Source of the DNA: Trichoplax sp. H2
Lineage: Eukaryota
Reading direction: 5' to 3'
Assembly: GCA_003344405.1 (NCBI GenBank)
Contig: NOWV01000175.1
Span: 1 to 64,000, forward strand
DNA: 64,000 bases
The notes beneath the pieces are model-generated. The model saw nothing but the letters and a program-made list of their open reading frames with translations, was not told where the DNA came from and made no database searches. This document shows positions 13,862-27,113 of the stretch, piece by piece (the first letter of the stretch is position 1; each line of letters starts with the position of its first letter). The translations under genes were made by a program, and so were the position numbers.

Positions 13862-15528
13862 CATCAGGCTTAGGATATAATGAAGGATTTTCGCTTGATG
13901 ATTTGTTTGAAAATATACGAAAAAATTCATAACCCAGTTTACTAGTGATTCTATCAATATTTAACCGAACAGTATCGGTTAACTTTCCAGCAGTATCTGG
14001 TAACCCTTTCTTTAATAGCAATTTTAAGGATTCCTGCATTGCAATGAACTGACTGCGCAATGGTGATGGTTGTAACTTGGTAATTAAATCAGATATATGG
14101 CTACCCAACCTATAACAACCGGAAACCATGTAATTATAAATAGAACTATATTTAGACCGTACAATCCTCTATTTATAACTAGTATTATAATATTGCCGTA
14201 TGATAGAAAGCTGTTAATATATATCTAAATTAATTAACACTAATCTAAATTTATCTCCATACATTCATGAAAGTTCATTGTCAAGACTACAAGATAGTGT
14301 TGATGAAAGCATTATCAATGAAACAGTTCATAGTATTTTTACATCATAAAGAATTTATCTTCATCCTAATAATAAGTTCATACCTCCCCGCCAATCCTAC
14401 ATTTAGCCTTTGATCCTTACTATTATGAAATCCCTGAACTAAAATTCTTACTACGATCTTATCCTGCCTATAATAGAAAAAAAATTGAATACATTAGCAA
14501 CCGCGTCATTTAGAATTTATACTTTAAATGATAAAGTTATTGCAATATTAGAATTGTAAAGTCGCAACTAGCCGATCAAGGTTATTATCGTCTGCATTAC
14601 TGTTATTACAAAGCTGAGTTTGTTGCCATTAATAGAGTAATGTGAATCGCAGTTGCATTGTAAGTACTTTATTTTTGCATCTATGTTGATCAGTTACGCA
14701 GGTAGTAAATGAATATTCCACTTTTAATTGAGAAATTTTCAAGACATTCTAATTTCTTGATATAGATATAGGATAAATTTCCCGTTAGGTTAAGGATCGA
14801 TCGTAAATCAGGAACGAGTATAAATAACAATGTAACTAAAATACAGACGTATATGAAATATGGCCATTTTGCATACAATTGAGATCATTTTGAATCGTTT
14901 CTCACACTTACCTAAAAATGTAAATGACATGACGAGAAATGGCTTTAATTTCGTCAGTTAATAGAGATTGTCGATGTTCATCTGAATCATTTTTTGCGAC
15001 CAAATAATCCCACGAAAATGCCTTGTGTTCATCACCAACTTTCGGGGCATTTGATGTTTCATTGTTATACAATAGCATGGGCAATAATTCGTAACTATAA
15101 TTCCCCCAGCAACTTGCATAATACTGTTTTGCGGCACTGGCGTTAACAAAGGACTTGTATACCGAATCAATTTTACTAACGTAGCGATTTTCTTTTTCTG
15201 TCTCAGCATTACTTTCCCATGCTGCTTGTGCACATTGCTGGCCGTCCAATTTTGCAAATAGATCATCCTTTTCCATGCCATAATTTTCACATGAAACTGG
15301 ATTTAATCTGGTACGACGTCTAAGTTTAGGTCGTAGTCCTTGACCAGGAGGAAAATACTTTTGAGTTAAAAACATTTCCGATAATGGTGTTACCTCCACG
15401 TCTATATATATAATCATGGCTACCAATACTGAGCATACAGCAATAGCTATTCCTACAATGATCCATCGTAGGCCAGGTATAGGTAGCTTCGTGGAAGCTG
15501 TAGACGTTGCAGGTCTCCTTTTCGCCAT
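13862..15528 (-). CDS. Uncharacterised type II membrane (signal-anchor) protein; exon 1 15528-14912, exon 2 14467-14384, exon 3 from ~14166; 3' structure uncertain, possibly extending to ~13440
   Basis: A 206-codon ORF starts MAKRRP (basic), then has a hydrophobic helix WIIVGIAIAVCSVLVAMIIYI and a lumenal part with Cys and N-glycosylation sequons (NAS, NYS, NET, NDS). It ends at an AG|gtaag donor, with phase-compatible downstream exons. No family recognised. Confidence 0.6.
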
Positions 15529-17088
15529 GTAAATTTCTAGAAATTTTCTATTTAATCAATACGTCGATGGTGGTTATTTCAGTGCAGTACGTATACTTGG
15601 GAACCTTAACACGTCAAAAATTGCAATATTAGAGTTTATAGGTTGCTATCGTATTATTGAAAATGTTACCATTCGACTCTGGAATGCCTACTTGTGTATA
15701 ATTATTAGCAATATATTTTTTATGTCTGTGGATATAACAAATAATGAGATTACTAGTTACTCTTCATAACCTTCGATTGTCAATTCACGGCATGAATGTG
15801 AAATTGATACTCATATATGAATGCACGTAATCATAATGTAGACTTTTATTATAGAACCTTTTCTCTAAACTCGTACCGCAAACGCTGCCTAGCGTATGCA
15901 ACAATGTGAGAAGGGTATGAATTAAGTTTCAAAAATGCGTATACACTGTACTGGGATCAGGTGCATTAGACGGACCTAGAATATTCAAAACTATATCATG
16001 TACTGCTGATGGGAACATTGTCGAATTGACAGTTAGTCGACTTTAGGCTATCCTAGTATCTAATATGTATAAACTTTGACAAAATAATTACTTTTAAATG
16101 CGTTTGAGATCAACGGTTTCATGTATGGTTACAATGAATGAATACACTGCAATCTTACAGTAACCTATCATAATAAACAAACGTTTACTGCAGTAAGACT
16201 TCACTTGCATTCTACAAGCATAGGTAGTAATTTTTTATAAGCAATACACGCAAGAAAGACCTCGCTGCAATGTTGAAAATAGATGATTGATCTATAATGC
16301 TCTATGACATTCATTCATCCTGCTGCAATCGTGCAGTATGAGTTAATGGATTATTTTAACGTTGTCGCCAGTATGGTAGTATATCACATAATGTAGCCTA
16401 TATATAGCCTATGGTATTGGTCAACAGGAATATATCTAGACCTGACATATATCCCTTCCATTTGAAAGATACCTTGTCACTATTTTTGAAATTAACTTTA
16501 TTCACATTGAACTTGGGCCTCATCACTTACTTGGAAGCTCTTTTTTTATTGCAATTTTGTAGAAAGCAAGAGGCAAAATACAGTAGGTAGTATTCTAGAA
16601 AAGGACGATCCAACCGTTGTTCATTAATATGATATCATTTACTTCTCCATTACAAAGTGGAAATGGACATATTGGATGGATGTAAGGTTGGAATTCAAAT
16701 CTTGTTCAACTCTTTTCAATCCCTTAAGCCTGGTATGAATGATGGCAACGAAAAGATGAAAATGGACAGTAGACAAGGTGATTCTTTGTTCCAAGGCAAC
16801 GGTAACAAAAGTTACGATTTGAGGTGCATCATCTTTTAATCATTGGTAGTGTCTTGCCTGTCGTAATTAGTTATTCTTTCAACCTATAAAGTCATATTGA
16901 ACGCTTGTATGGCAATCTATTATGGCTAATATCGATTCTGTATTTATTCGAATTCAGTTACACGATCATTTTCAGAAGCTTGTTGGAAAATTTCCAGTTG
17001 GTTTTAGCCTGAAAGTTGGAGAATTTCTTTCACCACTGGAATCAACTTAACACTTACAGTATAGTAACTGGACGATACTTCCCATTTC

Positions 17089-17686
17089 AGTACTGTATAG
17101 TACTGTACTGTACCATCCCAGCCAACTCCGGTACGGTACAGTACCGTACAATGTACAGTGAATCGTTTGCAGTATATAGTATTGTGAAGTATGTACTGTA
17201 TACTGTAGTACAGCGTGGAGTGTACAGTGAATCGCTTGCAGTATACTGTACTGTACAGTATAATACTGTACTGTACAGTACAGTATTGTGAAGCATGCAC
17301 TGTACTGTAGTACAGTGCAGCGTGGAGAGTACCGTACAGTGAATCGTTTACAGTATAGTACTGTATTATAAAATATGTACTGTATTGTAGCCAACAGCGC
17401 ACAGTGTACTGTACAGTGAATCGCTTGCAGTACTGTACTGTATATAGTATTGTGAAGTATGTACTGTATACTGTAGTACAGCGTGGAGTGTAGTGAATCA
17501 TTTACAGTATATAGTATTGTAAAATATGTATTGTAGCCAACGGCGTACAGTGTACAGTGAATCGCTTGCAGTATACAGTATTGTAAAGCATGCACTGTAC
17601 AGTACTGTACACATGTATGTCTTTCTGAGTGTACAGTACTACAGTACAGCGTCGAGTGTACTGTACAGTGTACAGTGTACAGTACT
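17089..17686. repeat. Degenerate minisatellite built from TACAG/TACTG words; six units of 64-112 bp
   Basis: The anchor GTGAATC recurs at 17158, 17227, 17339, 17416, 17493 and 17557 amid tacagta/tactgta runs. This explains the stack of Y/S/T/V-rich spurious ORFs on both strands. Confidence 0.9.
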
Positions 17687-18760
17687 TCATCGTTTTACAA
17701 TGGTAATACCCAGGGCTTGTGAGAGAGAAGTCCTTAGCAGCCAAGTGTCAGGTCTAGACTCAGCCAACTCAGTCAAGAGAAAGAAATCCCTCGACACTCG
17801 GTATCCACTATACTATACTGTACAGTGTATAGTATCCGTTCACCATGAGTCAGTAAGTATCCAGTACAGTATACAGCATCAGCTTGGAGAGTGGATTGCA
17901 AAATAATAATAATAACATCATGGAGGAGATTTGTTGCAGGTAGTTCATCAGCGCATGATTTGTGCAGCAGTAGATCGATTTTTGCTAAGACTAAGGACTA
18001 CTAGAAGAATCTATTTCTCGTGGTCCATGGACGTAAGACCTACGTCGAATCTTCAATTGTTAAGTTGCTGAACAACACAGTCTACGATGCATATTGTACG
18101 CTCCAAAGTATTGGCATAATCGATGAGTTACGGGAGATTGGTAGCACTTGTTCATCTCTATCTTGTGATAGACGTACAAGCGAAAAAAAAAAAGTGCTAC
18201 CTATGCCATATAATGTCTTTACCGTATTAGTACAACAACGAGTATTTCTTGTATAATTTCACCTTATTGCATAAACTTGGATCTTCTAATAATACCATAA
18301 ACTATCTATCTTGAATCGACCATGAACTAACGGATGACTGCATAATCGATCCATTTATTATTCTGTACGAGGTTGACAACTAGTCGTGATACTTGACGTT
18401 GCATACTTGACGTTGTATACTTGACTTTCCACAGCAATTTAAAAATTTTCAGTTCCGTTAGCCTCCAATGTACATTTGGGGAAACCAACACAACTTTTCA
18501 ACGAACTCCCTGCATTATTATAATATATTGTATCTGTTTTCGTGCTATCTTATCATTACAATCATGAGCTAACTTATGGCTGCACTACAGGAAGGATTGC
18601 CGGTGGATAGCGTCATAGATAAATTCATATTATTGACCCATTCCTAGATAAGCAAACCTTCTAAAGGAAACTATGTTACGACAGCATGCAACAGTTACTC
18701 TTTAACAATTCCATCTACGGTTATGCTAATAATATTGAATGATTATTATGATTATTATAA

Positions 18761-19028
18761 TTAATTGTTCTCCTTAGTTGTCGTATGCAAAGCATTCAGC
18801 GTAGAGGTAAGGGGAAATACCTTTATCTGGATGGTATCTGTATACTCTACTGGTAAAAATATTGGTGCAGTTTACTCGAGCACAGTATCACAAATGGAAC
18901 TTACCAATTGTTCTTCTTAGCTGTCGTATTCAAAGTATCCTGCATTGCGATGAGGGAAAATACCTTACCTCTATGGTGCCTAGATACTCTACTAGCGAGT
19001 ACACTGGTACAGAATACTCAAGTACAAC
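18761..19028. repeat. Diverged tandem duplication, period ~143 bp
   Basis: aattgttctccttagttgtcgtatgcaaagcatt..gggaaatacctt..atggt..atactctact is repeated as aattgttcttcttagctgtcgtattcaaagtatc..ggaaaatacctt..atggt..atactctact. Confidence 0.7.
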
Positions 19029-20003
19029 GCTACACCAGCAACTAATGAAAGAAGCAACATGCAAAAATAATAATTGCCTTCTTTCTTTGTGTCCCTTTAA
19101 TTTCTACAGAAAATGATCTATCTGTACATTCCATACAGCTATAGCGATGGTAAAATAGTTTGGATAATGATAGAGGAGGAATAGAATTTTAATTGATGAA
19201 TTGTTGCCTATGTAGGTCGATAAAATCGAAATAAATTAAAGTAAGCCAAAAGACTTTTCTTATGCACAACAGAATACTGTATGCAGTACATGGCCGTTTT
19301 ATGTATCCTATGTACAATTATTGTACAGTTGTTTTGCCAAAGTATTGCACCCCCCCCCCCAACCAAAAAATGGAGTAAAACTGGTTAGAAGGTAAGACGT
19401 AGTCGTCCTTTCCTAATTTAGACACTGTAAACTAGACCTAAGTTGGCTTATGCTGTAAATTAGATCCAATAGATACGGCTTACGTAAGATCTGTTCTAGT
19501 CTTCCTTTCTAGAAAATTTCAAATAGTCCGTGTGGACTAGATCCTCTTTCCAAATTTATCTGTGTACCTGTCACTATCACGGGCTACTTATGAGCAATTA
19601 TTTACTCTCCTCCCCCCCCCCTGCTGCAGTCATATACTGAAAGTATTGACTGCTTAATAATTAATTTTTGTAGTCCCTATGGTAGTGGTAGTATACCGTA
19701 TGCCGCGTTTGTAGTTAGTGCCCAGCATCTGCAGATGGACTTAAAAACTTCATCTACGAATAAATAAATAAACTATAAAGTGCTTATAATGATTCACACC
19801 TACGTCAAAATTTCATCGTTCTATATTGACGGCAGGTTTAGGCTATATTTACTTACATTATTTGCAGTTTACTGTCATTAACTATAGGAGAAATAGTGTC
19901 GCAGTTGTTCGTCATTTCCGACAAATGATCGATTCGACCATGTACGCATAAATTCAATTATCAATGCAACTGCAGTCTGATTCAGTTGTAGGGATACTCT
20001 CTG

Positions 20004-21430
20004 AAAAATGATCTAATTCATCAATGTTTACTAACAGGAAGTACCATTACATGAAGAAGAAGGTATTAATGCATGGAAGTTGTTTAGTGTAACCGTGCGC
20101 CAGCAAAACACTAGAAAGATATATAAAGGGCCACAGCCCAAACACATACAGAGTTTTTTACAGTTGATCTAGTTTGATATGTCTTACAGTATTTCTATAT
20201 ATGTATTTTGTAATGCTACGCTTAAGATGGATGGATGATAACTGCGTTATTATCTACAGTCCATATTGATAGTTAACTTACGCTGTATAATTATAGAATC
20301 AATTATCGTGACTAATTTACAATTTACAAGTCTGCCTAATTCTAGATATGGATATCATAAACTATGTATTGTACAACGTTACACTGTAAGTGTTGACGGC
20401 GCACATATAAAAGCCGTTGTAATTATCAATAAACGAATGAGTGGTAGTAAGTACTTAGCTTTGTCAGTATTCGAAAACTAGTCATAGTGATCCGAACTTT
20501 ACATACGGTTGGAGTATCAACTCTAGTTAGTTCATACACAATATAGTTAGTGATCTGAGCTGATAAATAATAAAGTAACTCTAAACGCTATCAAATAGTC
20601 TGTCACTGTGATTAAGAAAGTTAGTCTTAGTCTGTACTATTCATCAAGAGTTAGTTTGAAGAATAGTCGGTGACAGTAAGTAGGTTAGTAGTTGCTAGCC
20701 TTGATAGTACAAGTGTCACAGAGGAGATTTGTGACAATGGTATTTCCAATCAATTTCCTAAAACGATATTTATAGTTCTTCCATACTAAATAAATAAACT
20801 AACAATCCAAATTCTATATTGTTGTTGCGAGCCAGCGTTTTACGTACTGTATTAATACCGGAGCAGTCTTATCAGGATATAATTTAAATTGCANNNNNNN
20901 NNNNNNNNNNNNNAAAAATGATCTAATTCATCAATGTTTACTAACAGAAAGTACCATTACATGAAGAAGAAGGTATTAATGCATGGAAGTTGTTTAGTGT
21001 AACCGTGCGCCAGCAAAACACTGGAAAGATATATAAAGGGTCACGGCCCAAACACATACAGAGTTTTTTTACAGTTGATCTAGTTAGTGATCTGAGCTGA
21101 TAAATAATAAAGTAACTCTAAACGCTATCAAATAGTCTGTCACTGTGATTAAGAAAGTTAGTCTTAGTCTGTACTATTCATCAAGAGTTAGTTTGAAGAA
21201 TAGTCGGTGACAGTAAGTAGGTTAGTAGTTGCTAGCCTTGATAGTACAAGTGTCGCAGAGGAGATTTGTGACAATGGTATTTCCAATCAATTTCCTAAAA
21301 CGATGTTTATAGTTCTTCCATACTAAATAAATAAACTAACAATCCAAATTCTATATTGTTGTTGCGAGCCAACGTTTTACGTACCGTATAAATACTGGAG
21401 CAGTCTTATCAGGATATAATTTAAATTGCA
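20004..21430. repeat. Near-identical direct duplication flanking the gap (20004-20893 vs 20914-21430), differing by a 374-bp indel
   Basis: Both copies start aaaaatgatctaattcatc and end ggatataatttaaattgca. The second copy lacks 20175-20548. Confidence 0.9.
20894..20913. other. Assembly gap (20 N)
   Basis: Run of n characters. Confidence 1.
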
Positions 21431-24108
21431 ATTGGTACACGAGCTGGTCCTAAGCGAACAATTTATCAGTAAGCCAAATTTGTTAATAATCAAGAATTAA
21501 ACAAAGTCAAATGAAGATAGAATTACGCCAATTCTTTTTAATAAACCGTCCTAAATTGCCAACCTATATCGAAACTGAATACGATGGCGGATTAACGGAT
21601 GAAATATCGGATGACATCTCTAACTAGATGAAAGTTACTTCATGTAGCAGAATCCAGGCAAACAATGTTTTAGCTTAAATGTTTCAAGTTTAAATTATTG
21701 AGACTTACCTATGCCGGGTATCTTGTAGCATTATCTAAAAAGTACTGCAGTCACTAAGCAGGATAGATATTATTAAGGTAATTCCACGTTTATTTCATTA
21801 TTATACATTAATAGCAAAATGGCTGCAACCTCTGTCTAATATATTCTTATGCGTAATTGAAGACCAGCAGGTCCAAAATTTCAAACTGTTTGTCATCCTT
21901 AACTCATTTCTTTAAAATGCTTATGCCGGATAAAATATCTAAAGTGAACAAGTTTCACTTTTATTTATCCATTTAGACTGTATTAATAGTTTGTTAATAA
22001 ACATCTTGCATACCCATCTTGATTATACTTTACTTTCATCACTAATTGAGAGAGCTCATGAATTAGTTATTCCTGTATTGCTTTTATTTTAAACCATCAT
22101 CAAGTATTTAATGAGATAAAAGTATCCGGAAATTACTATTTCACATAGAATATCAACATATACTAATATCATTACTTTACATATTAAATAAAAGCATCAG
22201 AACAAAATTATTGACTAACAAATGATGTAAATTTATTTCACGTGATCTTAACGATAATTCATTTTTTTCTCCTATTTCTAAATCTCTATCTAGCATAATT
22301 TTCAATAAAGCAGACCTAAAATTGCGTAATATTCCACTTCTTAGATTTCTATCTTACTCATATTAATAGGCCATTGTTACATTTATTAATTATTTTAGTA
22401 AAGAAACACTATATAGATTGAGCTTGACAGTGATAATAATACTTTAGAAAATTATGTGTTTTTACACATATTTGATAAAAGCTACCACTATGTACTTTAA
22501 GAAAATGAATGTGGCAGAAAACTAGCTGATTGTATAACAGTATTTCTTAATATACTGAGATTATATGCAAAAAAGGTATAAGTGAATTCAAGATAGTAAC
22601 CTACTTAACTAAGCGCGCCACATTATCTTGTACGAAATTAAAATCGTTACTTTACTAGTATTAAGCTGACATTTTTATTTTAGTTGGTGGTGAAATAGTT
22701 AATATTCTACAGAATTTTGCAGAAAAATTTCTACAAAGTAATAAATTATAGTTTTCAAGTTATCTTGGCATCCTTATGTCAACCGGCATTGCTCTATGGT
22801 ACAGCCGCATGAACCATGTACAATTCGAATGATTAAAGTTACTTCCAGCAACAACAATTTGTATACTATGACACTTAGGTGCTATATTCATCAATTTATC
22901 GATAAGCGGAATATCCATAACTGACCTCTTTATCAACTGTAACAATTCTATTTCCTAGTACAAGGTAACACCGATTACGAAATTATTTTTATTTAGGAAC
23001 TCGAAGTAGTAAAGGTGTTTACAGCATTACCTCGTTCGATTACTATTTCAAATGAGATTAAAATAATAAATAATAGCTTGACACTTGTGAATTTTGTTAG
23101 CAAAATCAATATCCCTATCAGAAAAAATATTTTAGCAATATACCAATTTGTGAAGATAACAAACTGCAGTTGTTAATCTATTGGGCAGGCCAATTTGAGT
23201 TCATGCGTATAATTTACCTGTGGATTGAAAACTTTTTGTCGGTTCATAATGTGTCGCATTCACAGCATTACCGAATCTATTTCGCTAAGCAGAAGAACTA
23301 TAAGTATGTGCCACGTGACTTCTAGGAAATACAAAAATTACGTAATTTTAATTATGCTTACTTGACGAAAAAATTGGTAAATAAATTATAGCAAATTAAA
23401 GAATTAGCAAAGTAAGAGTTTAAAAGTTCTATAATGTACTGCAATCATGAATAATTTTAGATTTTAAAGGATAAAGAATTATGGCATTTTAGGCGCAGAT
23501 ATAGGTTTACTGAGAAATTTTTTTTTTAATTTTAATGATATAAAATGCGAAAGACTATTTTTGGCATGATCTTAATTAATCTTGTAACATCAAAGCAGAT
23601 ATTTTTCCTGAAAATAGACAGCATGATCTGTCGTAGCCATATCATGTGATTTGTCAGCAATAAGCTTTTGCGAAATTTACTCTAATTAGTTATGCTACCT
23701 TCAATTTAGTAAATTAAAGATTAAGTGAAGTGATGGCTATCATACAATGTTATATTATGTTAAAATTTGTAGGATAATCTTTAAACTACAAATACTCAAT
23801 CTTGAATATTGCTCGTAAGCATCAGACAAGCATACAGGCTTTCGAATAATGGCTTCTTGTTAGGCCATATTAAATCGATTAAAGATTGCAATTTCAAAGT
23901 AATCTACTGTATAGAATTCTAAACGACCATTTTAGATCTAAATAAAATTTTAATCGCCTGCTGTATGTCAATCTACCGATGATATTTAAAACATTTTGAG
24001 ATATTGCCGATGTGATAACTTATAGAAATTCGATACTATTACAAACTGAAATGCTGACTATGTCTTATCGACATTTACTAATACAAATCGCTGGCTTCAT
24101 TTTGACAG

Positions 24109-24791
24109 TTGGCCCGTAGACCAAGAAGCTGTAACAAAGTACAAGTTTAAGGTAAACGTAACCGTGAAAATGGTATTTACATTATTTATGACCGGTCAAA
24201 TACTCCCCATCGGATATATTGTGATTTTACATCAGAGCCTGGCTACGCTTATACTTCAGTGACTTTTTGGCAATTTCGAAATCGCTATTTCAAATCATTT
24301 TATACCCTTGGATATAATATCAACTGTCTAGTTGATGAATGTAATCCCAATTGGATAAGCTATCGAATGTCTTATTATCATATGCGACTATTGAGTCAAC
24401 AGCAGGAAATAATCCATTGGAGAATGATTTATAATTTGGATAAAATGAATATGACGGTAGACTATTACGATTATCCTCGATCTCGATTCTCTCTATTTAA
24501 TTTCTTACGGGAACGAAGTATTAGCATTGCATGTAAACGGGTCGACTATGCCAACATTCACGAATCTGGTTGCTCTAAGTGCAGTATGGCATTTGCACAA
24601 AATAATGGTTACAATCTTGTGGCCGAACCATACGTCCGTTTAAAATGTGGGGTAAGATGCAAAGACTCAACTGCAGGTTCCCCGGCTATAGAGAAGACAG
24701 TTTTGGGCACTATTATATTATTAATCCATCATTTTGGTGCGTCCATAGCCCGACATCTACTACAAGTATTTGGTTTGGTGGGCAAGTTTGA
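24109..24791 (+). pseudogene. Disrupted paralogue of the secreted fibrinogen-C-like Cys-rich protein
   Basis: After the acceptor ttttgacag| it reads LARRPRSCNKVQV*(TAA 24148-24150)GKRNRENGIYIIYD..IYCDFTSEPGYAYT..NWISYRMS..ACKRVDYANIH..C..C. A frameshift near 24650-24685 is then needed to reach EDSFGHY..NPSFWC..TSTTSIWFGGQV*, which matches the C-terminus of the 44.9-45.8 kb gene. Confidence 0.8.
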
Positions 24792-26228
24792 GTCTAATAT
24801 GTAAACTATTTAATTTTTGATATCAGGCAGAAAAATACTTCTTGAATAATCTAAGCTAATAAAAGATAGCATAATATATACTTACTACAGCACCAGGCAT
24901 TATTATTATTCACTCTTCACATTAGATTTAGTGTTGGTATACAAGTAGGAAATACAACGCTTTCTTAATTGATAATGCACTATGTGTTAACCACCGCTAA
25001 GGAATTTCATTTTCCACCTTTTTTATGTTGAAATAGCCATCATAAATTTTTGCTGATATCGTTTGGGTCTATGATTCGAAATTGTAGATCCGTTGTCTTA
25101 ATAAATGAGAATTTATAGGAATTCTATTGGCCCTATCTATGTGATAGAAGCTTAGTTATACTGAGTTAAATTACTCGAGTTAATAGTCTGAACGCTAAGC
25201 TAACCCTAAAAGCTTTTGTTATGATCTTAAATACTTGTAATCTACTACATCCCAAGTAAATAAGGAAATTGGACGGAGTTAAGATTGTCGTCAGTTGTTA
25301 GCCTTTAACTAGAGCTCCGCCTTTATCGTTGTGATAGATCCAAAATTGCAGCGAAGAAAATAAATTTAATACATAAATTATAATACTTTTCCAACGACAA
25401 GCTTAATGTCAGATCTATCCTCTCGACATCTACTTGCAAGGCCAACCTGATCACTGACGGTTTCTCCATCATCAGGATTTTGCAGTGACTACAAGTCTCT
25501 CTTAGACAAAAATTGACCCAAATTTTATTGAAAAATTAATAAAGTTTCAGTAAATTTATGCAACTTCAATTATAGAAATGGAAAATTTAACCGTTAGATT
25601 GCTATAATATCCCACCTACGAGCAGCGCGGGTCGTATTTATACTACTGATAGATGACTTTGATTATCGGTTCATTTCAATAAGTCAGGATAAGATTCTTA
25701 CAGTACTTTTTACCTCAAGATTTCTTCATGTAAAACGAATAGCTCTAAAGTAGTCATTTCTGCAGAGTATTGATTATTAAAATAGTATTCGTTATAGCGC
25801 TAAGGGTGGCCACTGGGCCTTTCAATTTTGATTTGATGTAATATTCTGATGAAAATTGAATAAACATAGAATTTTTATAGAGTTTTCTACACAGCCATTT
25901 TGATTTTTATATTTTCTTATAATGGTTGTTATCGACAAAGCAAGCTTTGCTTGCATACGCAAGCGATCCTTAGACACATTATAATGATTGGTCTAGAATT
26001 GACCACAGTACTAAGGACATTGTACAGCACAGTATATATCTTACAGTACCTGCTAATCTTAACTTGGTATGTCCATCACCGTCCATTAGTTATCATAATG
26101 TGCTTTGGATGATTAACTAATCTTAATATAGCATTTCATCCGTCAATGCATTATTGAAAAGTAATATTCTACAAGCATAGCTATGAATATAGTAGTGCCT
26201 GGCTATTACTGGGATATAAATAATGTCG

Positions 26229-26310
26229 AATGGTAATACTATCTGTTAATTATGAACAAATAAGTACATTATCGTAAACTGTCAGCAAAGCGACGTGAGT
26301 TTGTACTAGT
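26229..26310 (+). mobile_element. Helitron-like 3' terminus (copy 1)
   Basis: About 80 bp shared with 44313-44386. Similarity stops at CTAG-T(A), preceded by a degenerate hairpin (actgtc-a-gcaaagc-gacgt). Confidence 0.55.
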
Positions 26311-27113
26311 AGCATCCAATCGCTAGAAATCCTATTTAGGCAAATATTAATTCTTGGTAAGTGTAAAGCGTAGACTTTTTGAGGCAAATGCAATCAATTA
26401 ATACTACATCATCCAAGGCATATCTTTTTTTTCTAAAATAATAGCTTGATATCTTCAAATGCACGATTTCAAAACAAATTTGTACTACTGTTAACTTCGA
26501 GATTAATTTTATCACAGGTCGGCACAGATCATGATATGCAACACGGGATATAAGACACCTTTACCTCGACAAGAGAGCATTTTTATCTTCGAAATTCAAC
26601 CATAAAATTTGGAGTATATGATGAGCTTTCTACCTTGCTGTATCTATACCAGAGGACCTTCAACGTACCACATGTAAAAAATTGTATCCAAAGCTATCAG
26701 CTAAGGATTCTTCACGAACTAATACCTACATCCACCAACTTTTGCTATGAAGCTACTTAGTATTACAAGTAGACTTACATATCGCATAAGTTCATTTTAT
26801 GAAGTTACTTAAATATAACAATTTCAACTTATTTATAATCCATACATTCACTTGATTCTGGGGATGGCATAAATCGAATAGACTATTAATAATTATTTTA
26901 TATACGGTACTGTAAATCAAAGTATAGAATTTATTTGAAAACTTGCTATGCAAGTACCATAGCGAAAGATCATAAGAGTTTGAAAATTATTGCCTTTATT
27001 GTAAAATTTTACTTGAACACATTCTCTTTATCCAGAAGAATTACTTAAGCAAGACTACTATCTAAAAATTGTACAAAGTGGAATTATAATGGGATAATGA
27101 TAGAATATACCTG

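Noticed and set aside
16657-16839. 60-aa ORF (and the 42824-43093 ORF pair)
   Set aside because: Non-ATG starts, no recognisable family, and no convincing exon chain.
17004-17906. Six overlapping Y/S/T/V/C-rich ORFs, and a possible CRISPR-like repeat-spacer pattern
   Set aside because: The ORFs are by-products of the TACWGTA minisatellite. The spacers are themselves repetitive and there are no cas genes; the DNA is eukaryotic.
18795-18830. RRGKGKYL resembling the Fpg/MutM RRGKYL motif
   Set aside because: Too short, not conserved in the duplicate unit, and no other Fpg motifs are nearby.
19349-19622. Two poly-C tracts
   Set aside because: Simple homopolymers with no associated structure.
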